Shown: positions 1 through 11,903 of the stretch, piece after piece
How the letters are laid out: the number at the start of each line of letters is the position of its first letter
How positions within the stretch are numbered: the first letter of the stretch is position 1
Assembly (NCBI RefSeq): GCF_000315625.1
Contig: NW_005434588.1
Location: forward strand, 1-64,000
Length of the DNA stretch: 64,000 nt
Direction of reading: 5' to 3'
Source of the DNA: Guillardia theta CCMP2712
Taxonomy: Eukaryota; Protista; Cryptophyta
Notes under the pieces: model-generated
The model's database searches: none
What the model was told of the DNA's origin: nothing
Seen by the model: the letters and a program-made list of their open reading frames with translations, nothing else
Made by a program: the position numbers and the translations under genes

Positions 1-2486
1 AAGATCGTTGAGGGATGCCTGTAGAGATTCAAGATGATGAGAGGGTTGCTGAGGGATGCTGGATGGCAGTGATTTTTCCTCTTCTTCGATGAAGGACCAT
101 TCGCAGGGCTTGATGGGTGGTTGAACGAAGGAGTTATATGTTTCAAGCAGCGTAGGGTTATTCTGATATTCTTTATATAGTAGGTTAGGATCACTGCCAA
201 GGAGTTGTGAGAGGATATTGTTTTTTTGTTTTGTAAGTTCGTTGTAATCTACATGAAGGAGGTGAGGGTGCTCAGCATTGAATTCGTCTAGTTTCAGTTG
301 CCAATCAATAGCAAGGAATTCATCAACGTGAGAGGGTCCTTGTGAGAAGATGGGTTGAACATTGATATCGATAGATTCATATTGATTCTGTAACTGCTGT
401 AATTCAGCCGAGAGAGCTGTCATATTAGAGTTGGAAGCGACAAGCTCAGAAGAACCGGAGGATTCATAATCAGGTTGTAGGAGTTGAGGGGGGATATCAT
501 GAAGGAATGAGTTGATATTGGATTGAAGAACGAGGGCGAGGTCGGTGTATTTTTTGAGGGCAACCTTCAACATGTTCTCGAGAGAGTTGAGGTTGTCGAG
601 ACCGGCTGCATGATCGATAGTGTTGATAAGTTCAGTATTGTGTATGTCGAGGAAGCTACAGTCATTGGATTGTGTGATCATGGAGTTGCGGAGGAAGGAG
701 TGGAGTGTTCCGACGTAGGAGATGATAAGGTCATTAGCAGATTTTTTTGTTGAGTTTGAGTTGGAAGAGGTTTATAGGATGTTTCATTAAGGAATCGTTG
801 AAATTCGAGGCAAGAGAAGAGTGAGAGGGAGCATTCATTTTGTGTAGTGTTAGGTTGAAGGGTGCGGCGATGGAACTTGCGATGTATCTTGAGGAATTCG
901 CCAGAGTGGAGTTGAAGGACGATGGTGGTGGTAGCGGTGCGTTGTTTATCGCGGATGATGCTAGCGGTGAGGGATGTGAGGGAATGATTGGATGCGATAT
1001 CGCCCCAAATGGCAAGGGTGATAGCGTTGAAGATGGAACTCTTGCCACATCCATTGGGTGCGTTGATGGTGTAGAGTTTGCGGTGGAGTTGTTCGAAGTT
1101 AATCCAAGAGGGTTGATCAGAGTAGCAGGAGATGTTATTCCATGTGATGTATTTAATGCTGAAGGATGTGTTATGTGCGGCAGGGGAGGTATCAGTTAAG
1201 ATGGTGTTATATAGGGAGGTGATCTTAGAGTTGAGGTCATTGATGGCGGTATGTGCGATGGAAGGGAAAGACGAGGTGGATAATGTGAAGCGTGAAAGGT
1301 CATTAAACCAGAAGGTCAATCTATCGATGTGGGGGGTTGTGAGCTGTAGTTCTTGAGACTGAGTCTTGAAGAAGTCGATAAGGAGTTTAGGGTCATTAAG
1401 GTCAGTGACATGATTAACTTGTGAGGTGAGGAAGTCAGGCCCATTGGGTTCAGAGGGTGATGGTTGTAGTTCTTGTAGGAGTGTTTCATCTCGAAAGTCA
1501 TGGGTGATGTTGTGTTGATGCAAGATCTGAAAGAGGAGTTGTTTAGCTGCGGTGTCGCATTGGCCTCTGATGGTGATGGAGACCTGTTTAGGGAAGAATT
1601 GGTTGTTGATGAGGAGATTGAGTGGGATATATTTATTTTTGTATCGGATGTTCCATTCATCATCGAGGAATGAGAGGACAATGAAGCCGAATGGGTTGTA
1701 AACGTTAAAGTTGTGTATCTTGCGTTCACGGAGGTCCCAAAGTGAGAAGCCGTGGTCGATGATGTCTTCGCCGATGTTCTGTTGGATAAGACTGCCAGAG
1801 TAACCCCAGAGTGTGCCGTATTTGTTGGTGCCATTTTGACGGAGGTGGATATCGCCAAGGAGGAGGAATTGGAAGTCCTTAGTCCATTCGAAGGGGTAAG
1901 TATGAACGGTGTCGTTGTTATCGGAGAGCCTGGATTCATTGAGTTTAGTGCCACCGAATGTGCCGTGGAAGAGAGGGACAATGAACTCAGGGTTGCCATC
2001 GAAGTCGAGAGGGAATGGAGGGAGCGTGCTGTTCCGCCCTGATCCAGAGGAAGAATCAAGTGTGTCTCTAACACTAACGGTTGTGAAGCCTACATTATCG
2101 ATTGTGAGGGTGGTGGTGGAATCGAGGATATGTAGGTTGGGCAAGCTGAAAGCGATGGATGAGACGAGTGAGGGTGCCTGTTGATCTTGCTGGAGGATGT
2201 CGTGATTGCCGGGGATGACGATGACGAAGGTGATCTTGAGCAGAATATCAAGGAGTGTCCTATATAGATCAAGACTGTAGGTAGAGACAACATCCTTGTT
2301 ATTGAAGACATCACCGGTGATGACAATGAGGGAGTTGTGAGGAGTGATATGTGGTTGTTCATGGAAGACCTTAAGGATAGAGTCATGAAGATTCTGGAAG
2401 ACCTGTTTGTATTCAAGGAATCTGGAGGAGTGGATATCGCCCTTGCGGATGTGGATATCGGAGATGTGGAAGATGTATTGGACCAT
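1..2486 (-). CDS. Mre11/SbcD phosphoesterase fused to Rad50/SbcC ATPase-coiled coil; frameshifted at 742-748; C-terminus outside window
   Basis: Phosphoesterase motifs HISDIH, VITGDVF, IPGNHD, LFHG, LLGDIH, YSGSL, then Walker A APNGCGKSSIFNAI. A second frame read by hand is open from 741 to 1 (SANDLIISYVGTLHSFLRNSMITQSNDCSFLD...), an SbcC Q-loop-like region followed by coiled coil. Confidence 0.88.
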
Positions 2487-2745
2487 AATGAGATTATAGA
2501 TAGGTTTTGATTAAGTGTTAATGGAGTGAATAAGTTTCTAATCATTTTTTGTGAAGGGAAGAAAGGTGCTTATGAAATGGCCGAATGAGTGAGAGTTGAG
2601 AGGATGAGGTGATGGTATTGCAGAAGATATGATATATATAAAGGCTTGAAGGAGGGAGGAGGTGGTTTTAGTGAAAGGGGAGGACAGAATAGACTAGGGA
2701 ATGTCAACAAGGATGAAGAGAGTTATTGGGTGTTGACTATGTGAA

Positions 2746-4043
2746 GGGTAGGACATGGCAAGCTGCGCTTGCTCGCCTGCGTGCTTCGCACTTGGCTATG
2801 GCCCGAACGAGTGATACAGGCATCTTCCAATGGCATGAGAGCGGTAAGGAATACGAACGTGTACCAAGAGAAAATAGAGTAGAATGTGAAATATACATTA
2901 TTTTTGATTATGATCAGGAGATGATATGATAAATATTGTTTATAAGGAAGGTGACTGCCATGCTAGAATGGGTAGGATATGGCAAGCTGCGCTTGCTCGC
3001 CTGCGTGCTTCGCACTTGGCTATGCCTCGAACGAGTGACACTGGTATCCTCCAATGAATTAAAAATGAATGATGCGTGAAAAAGATCATGACAGCGAGAG
3101 GATATGACAGACTATCATAACAGCATAATTTACACAATAAAGTGTATTGATGATGAGAGCCTAGTATATGTAGGTTCGACAACGCGTCAGATGATGCAGC
3201 GATGGTCGGAGCACAAGAAAGATTGTTTATTAGAGAAATCGAAGACATACAATTGCTTATTGTACAAGACGATGCGTCAGCATGGTGTGGACAAGTGGAA
3301 GATAGAACTGTATGAACGGTTTCCATGTAGTAACAGAACAGAATTGAGGAAGAAAGAAGGTGACATCATAAAGCAGATAGGAACCTTGAATGGCAAGGTA
3401 GCGGGACGTGGCAAGAAAGAATATAGTGAGGAGAATGCTGAGTATTTGAAGGAGTATAAGAAGAAATATGCTGAGGAGAACAAAGAGAAGTTGAAGCAGT
3501 ATCGTGAGGAGAACAAGGAAAGATTTAATGAGAGGAAGAGGATGAATTGGAAGCCCTTGACAGGAGAAAAGCAAGAAGCGCACAAAGCGTATTGTAAAGA
3601 GTATCATTTAAAGAATGCAGTCGTGGAGAGGGAAAAGTACAAGAAGTTTTATGAAGAGAATAGAGATAGGTTAAATGAAAGAAGGCGCGAACGTAGGCGA
3701 ATCAAGAAAGAAGCGATGGGGGCAGCTTCAAATGAGAAGAAAGAATCTGATGAATTAGTGGAAGATATTGGTAGACTTGCTATCAATCAAAAAAATGAAA
3801 CTGATTAAGTATGTATTGATCTATTATATTTTTATTAGTTTATGCTATTATGATCATAGTGATTGGACTCGACATGGCAAGCTGTGCTTGAATGAGTGAC
3901 CCTGGTAGTTTTCAATGTATATTGAGTGTGTAGACTAACAATAACTTTGTTAGGAATCTTGTTTTAGTCATTACTATGATCATGTGAATAAGTAAGGATA
4001 TGGCAAGCTACGCTTGCTCGCCATCGTGCTTCGCACTTGGCTA
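2746..4043. repeat. Dispersed ~50-85 bp hairpin repeat, 4 copies (~2746-2832, ~2970-3056, partial ~3871-3917, ~3996-4043)
   Basis: Core ATGGCAAGCTGCGCTTGCTCGCCTGCGTGCTTCGCACTTGGCTA recurs in the intergenic DNA on both sides of the GIY-YIG gene. Confidence 0.9.
3104..3808 (+). CDS. GIY-YIG homing-type endonuclease with K/E-rich helical tail
   Basis: SIIYTIK...VYVGSTT...QRWSEHK...LYKTMRQHG...W.IELYE...E...I...LN is the GIY-YIG pattern typical of algal large DNA viruses; intronless. Confidence 0.9.
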   Translation: MTDYHNSIIYTIKCIDDESLVYVGSTTRQMMQRWSEHKKDCLLEKSKTYNCLLYKTMRQHGVDKWKIELYERFPCSNRTELRKKEGDIIKQIGTLNGKVAGRGKKEYSEENAEYLKEYKKKYAEENKEKLKQYREENKERFNERKRMNWKPLTGEKQEAHKAYCKEYHLKNAVVEREKYKKFYEENRDRLNERRRERRRIKKEAMGAASNEKKESDELVEDIGRLAINQKNETD

Positions 4044-4046
4044 CCT

Positions 4047-4161
4047 CTGACAAATTTAGGGTATATTTGTCAGGTACTAATTATTTATTTAGCCAAATTT
4101 AGGGTATATTTGTCAGACTAGTCTAATGAAATTCTGACAAATTTAGGGTATATTTGTCAGA
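4047..4161. repeat. Three copies of the palindromic unit (T)CTGACAAAT-TTAGGGTAT-ATTTGTCAG(A)
   Basis: Copies at 4047-4073, 4094-4116 (partial left arm) and 4133-4161. Confidence 0.92.
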
Positions 4162-4197
4162 TTGGTCATGTAGGGTAATCCAGCCGGTACTCTGAGA

Positions 4198-6516
4198 GTT
4201 GCCAGGGACGGGGTCGGGCATGGAGGAAGCGAAGGAGGAGCGCAGTCGAAGGCTCGCCATGTCCGGGGTTCGAAGCCACTCGGTGCGATGAGCCGCGAAG
4301 GAGAGAGACTAGTGGAGTGATGGTCTGACATTCTGCTGTAAGATGGTAGGGAAACAAACATACAGATGCTGGACCTGGTTGAAACGACCCGGATCCAGCA
4401 CATACATTCGAGTGTTGCTGGAGGTGACGAGGGGAAGCTATCGCTTGCATGAATCCTTACAAGATTCTTGACAGATGAGTTGGGAGGATAACAAGATACT
4501 TGTTTGTTCGTCAGAGTGAGAAAGATCACCTTCTGCTCTTGCTCAGAAGTAATCGTGCCGGTTATCAGGCATGCAGATACTGCAGAGGTAGTTAAGTTGT
4601 GGGAAGCGAATGGGGCAGAAGCAAGAAGTGCAATGGTGAGACCTGTGCACAAAAGATTTTCCATGAGTATCTTGGAGGATTCACAGATAATGTGAGAAGG
4701 TGATGTTCAAAGAGGACGAAAACGATCTATGCAAGTCAAGAATGCAAATCTCTTCACTCGAGGTTTACTGTTTCAAATTGTTGTGAGAGTGAGAGCTGTC
4801 GTGTGCAGGGCTTTCTCTATGTCATGTGCCCCCATAACCCTCAGGATAACTCCTCCGCACACCGTCACTGTCATGATGGTGGATGCCTTCAGAGCTTGCG
4901 AGAATGTAGACGATGGATACAAGTCTCGATTGATCGTCACAGAGAGGAGAGGGAAAGCGAAGAGAAGAGGAGAATGGTTGAGCCCCTCTCTTTTCTTGTC
5001 GTTCCCAACTCTCTCTCACCGTAGCCTTCAGATGGAGGAAGGTCGCTATTGTGGACCGGACGTCTTGCGGAGAATGTGTTATCAGGGGCCGTGCATTGAG
5101 AACTGGAACAGAAGTCGCCTGAGGTCAGCCACATGCGATGAGTCGCACTGCTTCTCCTTACGTCCAGTCAGTGCTCTTCCTCCCGCTGTGCTCAAAGTCA
5201 CGAGCATCAAGCGGCTCTTCCTCGAAAGCAACGATCTTGCTGAACTACCGCACCAGCTCCCTTCTCTGACCTCCCTCACAGAGCTCTGGCTAGGATACAA
5301 CAGCATACGTGATCTGGTCATACGATTCTTCTTCTTTCAAAGGGCTTGACGTCAGTCAGGATTGCGATGCTTTCAGCCGGATAGGAAGAGAGGTGCCCCT
5401 ACGCTTCCTCTCCCTCGAAGGAAATAGAATCGAGAAGGTTCCGAGAGCTTTGACGGACTTCACTTGCCTGCAAGAGCTCCGGCTCTCTGCCAATGGTTCT
5501 CCTCCTCCTCCTCCCCTTCCTCGCGCTCGTCTCACCCTCCTGTCTGCTCGCAGATCTTCAGAGCCTCGACGCTGGGAGCTGTTGTGGCCTGACAGCCTTG
5601 ACGGTGCTGGACTTGAGCAGCAACCGGCTCAAGGCTCTGCCCGAGGACTTGGCTTTGCTGACGTCGCTACGGTCTCTATCGCTCGACAACAATCAGCTGA
5701 AGGCACTGCCCTGCATGCAGGACTGGACCTCCTTGCTCAGGCTCTCAGCGTCAAACAATGAGCTTAACTGCCTTCCCGCGACTTTCAGCTCGCTCGTCTC
5801 TCTGCAGACCATGGTTGTCAACAANNNNNNNNNNNNNNNNNNNNNNNNNNNNNNNNNNNNNNNNNNNNNNNNNNNNNNNNNNNNNNNNNNNNNNNNNNNN
5901 NNNNNNNNNNNNNNNNNNNNNNNNGATAACGGACTGCACCAGCTTTCTTCTCTCACGTCGTTGGAAGCGAAGATGAACGAGATCGCGGAGCTATCTGTGC
6001 CGGGTCTCGCAGGGACATGCATGTTTGAGGGCCTGGAGGTGTTGAATCTCAAAGGGAACAAGCTTCTCTCTCTCCCGCAGGAAGTCTTGCACCTGCATCG
6101 CCTCAAAGAACTAGACCTCTCTTACAACCTCATCTGTGAGGCGAAAGATTTCCTCAGCCTGGGGGGCATGCAGCTGGACAAGGTGCTGCTGCAGGGAAAC
6201 CCGTTGTTCAAGGACAACGCTGAGCTGAGAGCGTTCGAAGATGATCATCAAGGTCTCGTCTCCTTCATTCGGTCGCAAGTTGAGATGCACATGGAGAGAC
6301 GGTCCTTGACAGATCTCCCTGCCCTCGTCTTGAAGAGCAGAGAGCTGCGACACCTCTTCTTGTCTCACAACCTGCTGCTCAAGTTGCCGGAGACCATGAC
6401 ATCTCTGACTAGTTTGCAAACTCTGCATGTAGACAACAACAGGCTCATCTTGTTGGAGCGATGGATCTCCGAGCTCCAGTCGCTCACGGATGTGAATCTC
6501 AGTGTTAACAATCTTC
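4198..6516 (+). repeat. Left arm of a ~2.3 kb inverted segmental duplication (partner 29188-31503)
   Basis: Identical ORF translations in mirror orientation. Breakpoints read at 4198/31503 and 6516/29188. Confidence 0.95.
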
Positions 6517-6680
6517 AGACCCTTCCCTCCACCTTCTCAAGTCTGCCGCGTCTTACACTGCTCAATGTCTCCAACAACCACATCTTCTCCCTGCCCAGGT
6601 GCTGCGACCTAAACACTCTGATGGGCGATGACGTTTGTTGCAGATTTCATGAGTCAGTCAAGGTCATAACCGGTCGTTAG
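4220..6680 (+). CDS. Leucine-rich repeat protein (multi-exon), copy 1 with intact 3' end
   Basis: Many LxxLxLxxNxLxxLP repeats in ORFs 4729-5349, 5309-5761 and 5493-6680; short GT-AG introns; start codon approximate. Confidence 0.85.
5825..5924. other. Assembly gap (100 N); the duplicate copy implies a true length of 97 bp (29780-29876)
   Basis: N run; flanks match the second copy. Confidence 0.95.
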
Positions 6681-7039
6681 CTGTTGTACTTGTGAATTCC
6701 ATTGCTACCTTGCGTATTCCGAGATACTTGTTGTAGTCGTGTATTCTATGTAAATGATCATGTGTTGCATGCTGAAAGATGATTGCTACTTTTACAACCT
6801 CACAGTCTTCAAATGTGCCTGCACAATCTCACAGCCTTCAGTTGGGATACACACTTGCAACAAGAGCTGTAGCAGCACTTGTAATCACCTGATTGTTGAC
6901 GAAGCCTGAGGCATCGATGAGAAGACCTGTTGAGCAGTGAGATGGGTCGAGAAGAACTAGATGGAGGAGAGGAGCGAGAGGGAGGAGAGGAGCGAGAGGG
7001 AGAAGAGGAGCGAGAAAGGTAAGAGGAGCATGGCTACCT

Positions 7040-10000
7040 CTAGTCGCCTGCGGTTCGTCTCTTGTTCTGAGGTTGGGACTTATCTCGGTGGATATGTCAA
7101 AACTGCTCGAGCATTCATGGTCAAACAGCTGGTCAAAACACGTCGGAGCTGACCTGCTGCCCAACGCATCATCCTTACAGAATGTTCCGTTCAAACTGCG
7201 AGCAACGCGAGGTGAGAACGAGGAAACACGAAGCGCTGAGCTGCTCAGACCTCCCGCCAGGTTGCAGAGCATCCTGAAGAAGCGTCAGTGACGGGCCGGA
7301 GGGGAGAAGCTTCGAGACCTTGTAGTTGTGATCGAAGAAGCGACTGCGCGCGTTGAAACTCGACTAAAGACAAGTTACGTCGCTCGCCTCCGCTCTCCTT
7401 GTCTCACCCGGATCCTCTCGATGCTGTCTCGTATGTCTGACAGCTGCTCGTCCAGCTCGACGTCCTCCTGTTACCCACGTGTGAGCTACTTGTGTCGTGG
7501 ACTTGTCGCTGACTTTGGTTGACAGGAGGTGATCGTGCTCTCGCTGCCGCAAGATAAGAGTCAGCCGTTGACAGCAGACATGCGAGCAGCACCTGACTGA
7601 CAGACACTTGCAGCCTCGTGCGGTCTGCGGACTGAAACCGTGTCAGGCCAGCCCCTCCCTCCACCTGCTCACCATCTGCGTCAAGTTGTTGCGGTCGGTC
7701 ATCGACATCTCCTCGTCCGGTTTTCGATTGCCGAGCATGTTGTCGAGGTAAACTGTGTGGTTCGCAATGGCTGAGGAGAACGTCGGTGCTAGCTCCTCTC
7801 TCCTGCCTTCACCTCGGTTGCTGCTGCCGCGGAGGCGCTCAAGCTCCTCCTGCAGCTGTGAGGCGACGATGAAGCGTCAGGAAGATGAAAAAGGGATCGA
7901 ATTCCATGAGTGAGATGCAAGAGCTTGAATGCTCACCTTGCATATCTCAGCCTGTTGCATTAAAGTCTTGTTGTCGGCTGATGAGATCTGGACTTGACCA
8001 TCACATGATTGACGAACAAGACGCTGAGACTGACCTTGTCCTGCAGCTCGCGGACCTTCCGCTCCTGGTGCTCCTTTAACTATTCTCCCGCAATAAGGAG
8101 ACGTCAAGTTGCAAGCGATGGAGGAGGTGAGATAGTCAGTGAACGTTGAAGACAAAAGCAAGGGGACTTGAGAAAGAGGACTCTGAAGATGAAGAGAAGG
8201 CGTGGGAAGAGACGGGGAAGGAGGACAAGCGAAGAGGAGGAGGTTGGGAGAGGAGCAAGAAGCGGAGGAGAGGACGAGAGAGCATGAAGAGAAGACAAGG
8301 CGAGAAGGAGGAGGAGGAGGCAAGCGAAAGGAGTTACCTCGCGCATCTCGCGACGGATCTTCACTTCTTTTGCTTCATAGAGCTTACAAGCTGCTGCTGT
8401 CAGGTGCTCACTCCTCTCCGTCCTCTCCTCACCTGTCGCAAGAGAGCTGACAAGGGACTTCTTCTCCTCCTCCAGCTCTCGCCGGTGTTTCTGCGCAACA
8501 ACTCAACAGAGGAGCCAAGGAATGAGGAAATGCGGAGACGAACCAACGAAAAAGACAAGGAGGAGGAGGAGGAGGAGGAGGAGGAGGAGGTGGTGGTGGT
8601 GGTGGTGGTGGGAGAATTCACTTACCTCGACAAGTTTTTGCTTCTCAGCCAAAGATTCGTATGACTTGTTGAGCCGATCCATATCACTCTGAAGATAACA
8701 AAGATGGTCTTAGTGAGGTAGGGAACGGAGAGATTGGAAAGGAAGAGGGAAGGAGTGAATGAATCAACAAGAATATACTTGAAGTTCTCGATTCTTGTCG
8801 AGGAAACGATTAAGAGTTTGCTTGTCAGTCTCTAGTTTGTTATTCTGTCTGAACGTTAGAACACGATGAGCGTGTTCAGATGTCCAACCTTTTCCGATAG
8901 AGAATGCAAAATATTCTTCATACCCTCTATCTCTTTTTTGTTCTGCTCTATCAGCTTTTGGTCCTGATGCGAGATCAACTGCATCCCAATTACAATATTC
9001 CTCACCTTGAAGTGGCTTTCCTTGTAAATGTTTGACATGTTGATGTCTTCTCGCTGTTTCTCACACTGCTCAAAGAAATGACGAACATTCTCGTGCCATC
9101 ATTTCTTACAAGTTGCTCCAAGTCGTGCACTTGTTTCTCAAAACCTTCAATCTGCTTTCTAAGAGCGGCGTTTGACGTCTGTTGACGTGTAAGAAGCAGC
9201 GCACATGAGAGGAGAGGAGGGAGAGTGTGTCAAGATATCACCTTCACGCCCATTAGCTCCTCCAGCAAACTTGTTTTCGAATGTTTCTCCATCTTCAAAT
9301 CTTCAACCTGCAAAAGGGAGGAGAGGAGCGGAGATAAGAGAGGCGATGAGAGATGGGGGAAAGCGGAGGACAGGAGAGGAAGGGAGAGGAGGAGTGAGGA
9401 GGGATGAGGGGAGAAGTAAAGAGAGGAGGCGAAAGGGGAGAGGAGAGTGAGAAGGGGAGAGGAGGACCATGAGAGTACAGCAATGAGGAGGAGAGGAGGG
9501 GGAACCTCTTTGTGTAAGGTCTCGACGTGTTGTTGAAGTTGGACTCTCGTGCTCTCATGCTCGTTCTTGTTCGCCTTCATCAACATCAGCTGCTCGTCAG
9601 CCCAGATGGAGTCAAACCGTGATAATGAGTTGAAGCGACGCGATGCTGTCTCTCAGCATTCTATTCTCCTCCTCCAACTTCCCTTTCGCGGCCTGTGCGA
9701 GTCAAGACGAAAGTCAATCGCGTCAAACCTGTCGACACCGACATGGTTACCTGCATGGCAGCATTTTCTCTTTCATCTTGCTGCTCTCTATCGTCATCTC
9801 TTCGCTCTTTCTGTCTGCAATGTTCTACAGAGTTGCGGCAGTCAGGTGCGCATACACGAGCAGACTTTTGTCAAACCTCGTTGAGCAGGACGACTTGATG
9901 CTTCAGCATTGAGTTTTCTTCCTTCAACTTCTGCAGGTTTGCAATCTGAAAGGCAATCATCTTCGCCGTCATCGATGTCAATATCATCATTCATATCATC

Positions 10001-11100
10001 ATCATCATTATCATCATCATCGTCGTCGTTGTCGTCGTCGTCGTCATCATCATCATCATCATTTCCTCTTCCCCCTCCTCCTTTCTAATCTTGGGTTGCA
10101 TCAGCAAAGACTTCACCTCCTCCTTCAACGTCGCAACCTCATTCAGAGACTGCAAACGAGTATATGAGACTTGGAAGACGCAGGTGGGTTATTTTGCAGA
10201 AGCCCAAGCGAAGGTATGATGGGGAGGAGTGGGAGAGCACAAGAGGGAACGTACAGCTTCAAGCTTATCCTTGAGGTTTCTTTGAAGATCAGATTCTGTC
10301 AGACAAGTCAGGGCTCGTCGAGGTCAAACAGGCTCATGTACGGCTGTCCTGCAGTTCGAAGAAAGTTTGCTGAGACTGGACCAGACGCTGCTGCATGTCT
10401 GACAGCTCCTTCTTCAAGGTCACGATCTCCTCGTTTAGAAGCTTTCCTTGCGCCTTCACCCTCACCCGTCATCCCTCCCTCCCTTCTCTCCTCCTCCTCA
10501 CCTCTGCTTCCTTGAGCTGCTTGACGTGCGAGCCCTCATTGGACACAACGAGCATGGCGGCTTCTAGTCGCTCCTGCACGCTCATCAGCTGGCACGAGCT
10601 CGCGCATGTGGTCGACCTGGAGCTCCTTGTTCTTCCTGCGCTCGTTTGCGAGGTCGTCGGAGGAGTGATGGGCCGTCAAACTTGCGGACCTTTTAGACTT
10701 TCAACTTCACACCTCCCTCTCTTCTCGCGCGCACCCGCCAGCTCCCATGGTTCGCCGCAAGTCCTCAAGCTGCCTGTCTCTCATCGCTACCTCTGCTTCT
10801 GACTTGGCCTGCAGCAGCGTCAGGCCTCAAGAGAGCGTCTCACTTCGCACCTTGAGCTCCTCGTAGAGAAAGGAGAACCGGTTCATCTCCCGCTCCTTAT
10901 CTTTGCTCAGCTGCGTCACGTGTCATGTTGAGCATCCGAGCAGGAAGACTCACAGCTTCCACTTGACGCTGGAGGTTTCCCAGGAGAATCTTCGCATGCT
11001 CGATGGTAGAAGGTTCCTGCACAGCTAGAGAAGGAGAAGAAATCTCTATGGGCCTGCAGCGCCAACAGCCATCATACAAGTGAGAATTGGAGCAGTCAAA
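7040..11100 (-). CDS. Multi-exon coiled-coil protein of unknown function
   Basis: E/K/Q/L-rich exons (e.g. LMKANKNEHESTRVQLQQHVETLHKE, LQEELERLRG, HAKILLGNLQRQVEA) separated by short introns; boundaries approximate. Confidence 0.6.
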
Positions 11101-11234
11101 CCTCACCTGAGAAACTCAGGAGGAACAGGTTTCAACCCAATAGCTTCCTCCGTTGCTGACATGCTAAACAGTCTTGTTCTTCAAAATCCAAACGATCTAA
11201 GCGATAAAAATCAATTCTTCAACATCTAGTTTTC

Positions 11235-11361
11235 ATCTCCAGTCCTCCAAGTTTTCTTTGATCTCCAGTCCTCCAAGTTTTCTTTGATCTCCAGTCCTCC
11301 AAGTTTTCTTTGATCTCCAGTCCTCCAAGTTTTCTTTGATCTCCAGTCCTCCAAGTTTTCT
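11235..11361. repeat. 26-bp tandem repeat x~5 (ATCTCCAGTCCTCCAAGTTTTCTTTG)
   Basis: Units start at 11235, 11261, 11287, 11313 and 11339. Confidence 0.95.
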
Positions 11362-11903
11362 GAACATTCTGTTTTCTTACACTTCTTTTTTGCTGACACA
11401 CCTCTCTTCACATTTCCTCCCTTTCTGATTCTTTTCTGTCCTCCCGAGTTCTCAACTTCTCTTGTTCTGATCTCTTCCTGCTCTCCTCCCCTCTTCTTTT
11501 TCTGTCCTCTTCTCCTGTCCTCAACTCGCTTTTTGTTCTCACTTCTCGCCAACAACCATTATGGCAGTTACTTCCAATACCCCCACCCCCCTCCCACACT
11601 TAGAAGACCCCACCTCTTTGTATGCTTTTTGTCTCGATGCGCACCCACCCCAACAATCTTTACTCAAAAAAGTTATCATAGGAGACTAGTGGTTTTTTTT
11701 TACTTTCAACAAACTTGAAGTGGCTCTATGGCCAACAAACTGAAGGAGAGTGTACAGGAGGAGGAAGGGAAGGGAGGCAGGGGAGGGTGAGGGGGGGAAG
11801 GGGAGGCAGGGCGATGCGAAAGGCGAGGAGGAGAGGAGGAGAGGAGAGCTGAGGGTGAAGAAGGGAGGAAGAAGGGCAGAAGTGGAGAAGTGCTGCATAC
11901 AAG

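Larger units (their letters stand above)
1..4193. mobile_element. Terminal part of an endogenous large DNA virus / Polinton-like element (continues past the left window edge)
   Basis: Intronless virus-type genes (Mre11-Rad50 fusion, GIY-YIG), AT-rich spacers, C-poor plus strand and repeated hairpins. Abrupt switch to intron-rich host DNA at ~4194-4198. Putative end ...GGTACTCT fits the AG...CT termini of Polintons. No capsid, pPolB or integrase gene in the window. Confidence 0.65.

Noticed and set aside
523-2184. Plus-strand ORFs overlapping the Mre11-Rad50 gene
   Set aside because: Antisense shadows caused by biased codon usage
4262-4280. GGTTCGAAGCC B-box/T-loop-like word suggesting a tRNA at the integration site
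   Set aside because: No cloverleaf or A-box found; lies in the presumed first exon of the LRR gene
11235-11361. Possible CRISPR-like array (also 42253-42384 and 4047-4161)
   Set aside because: The first two are head-to-tail repeats with no unique spacers; the third has only three units, no cas genes and a eukaryotic context
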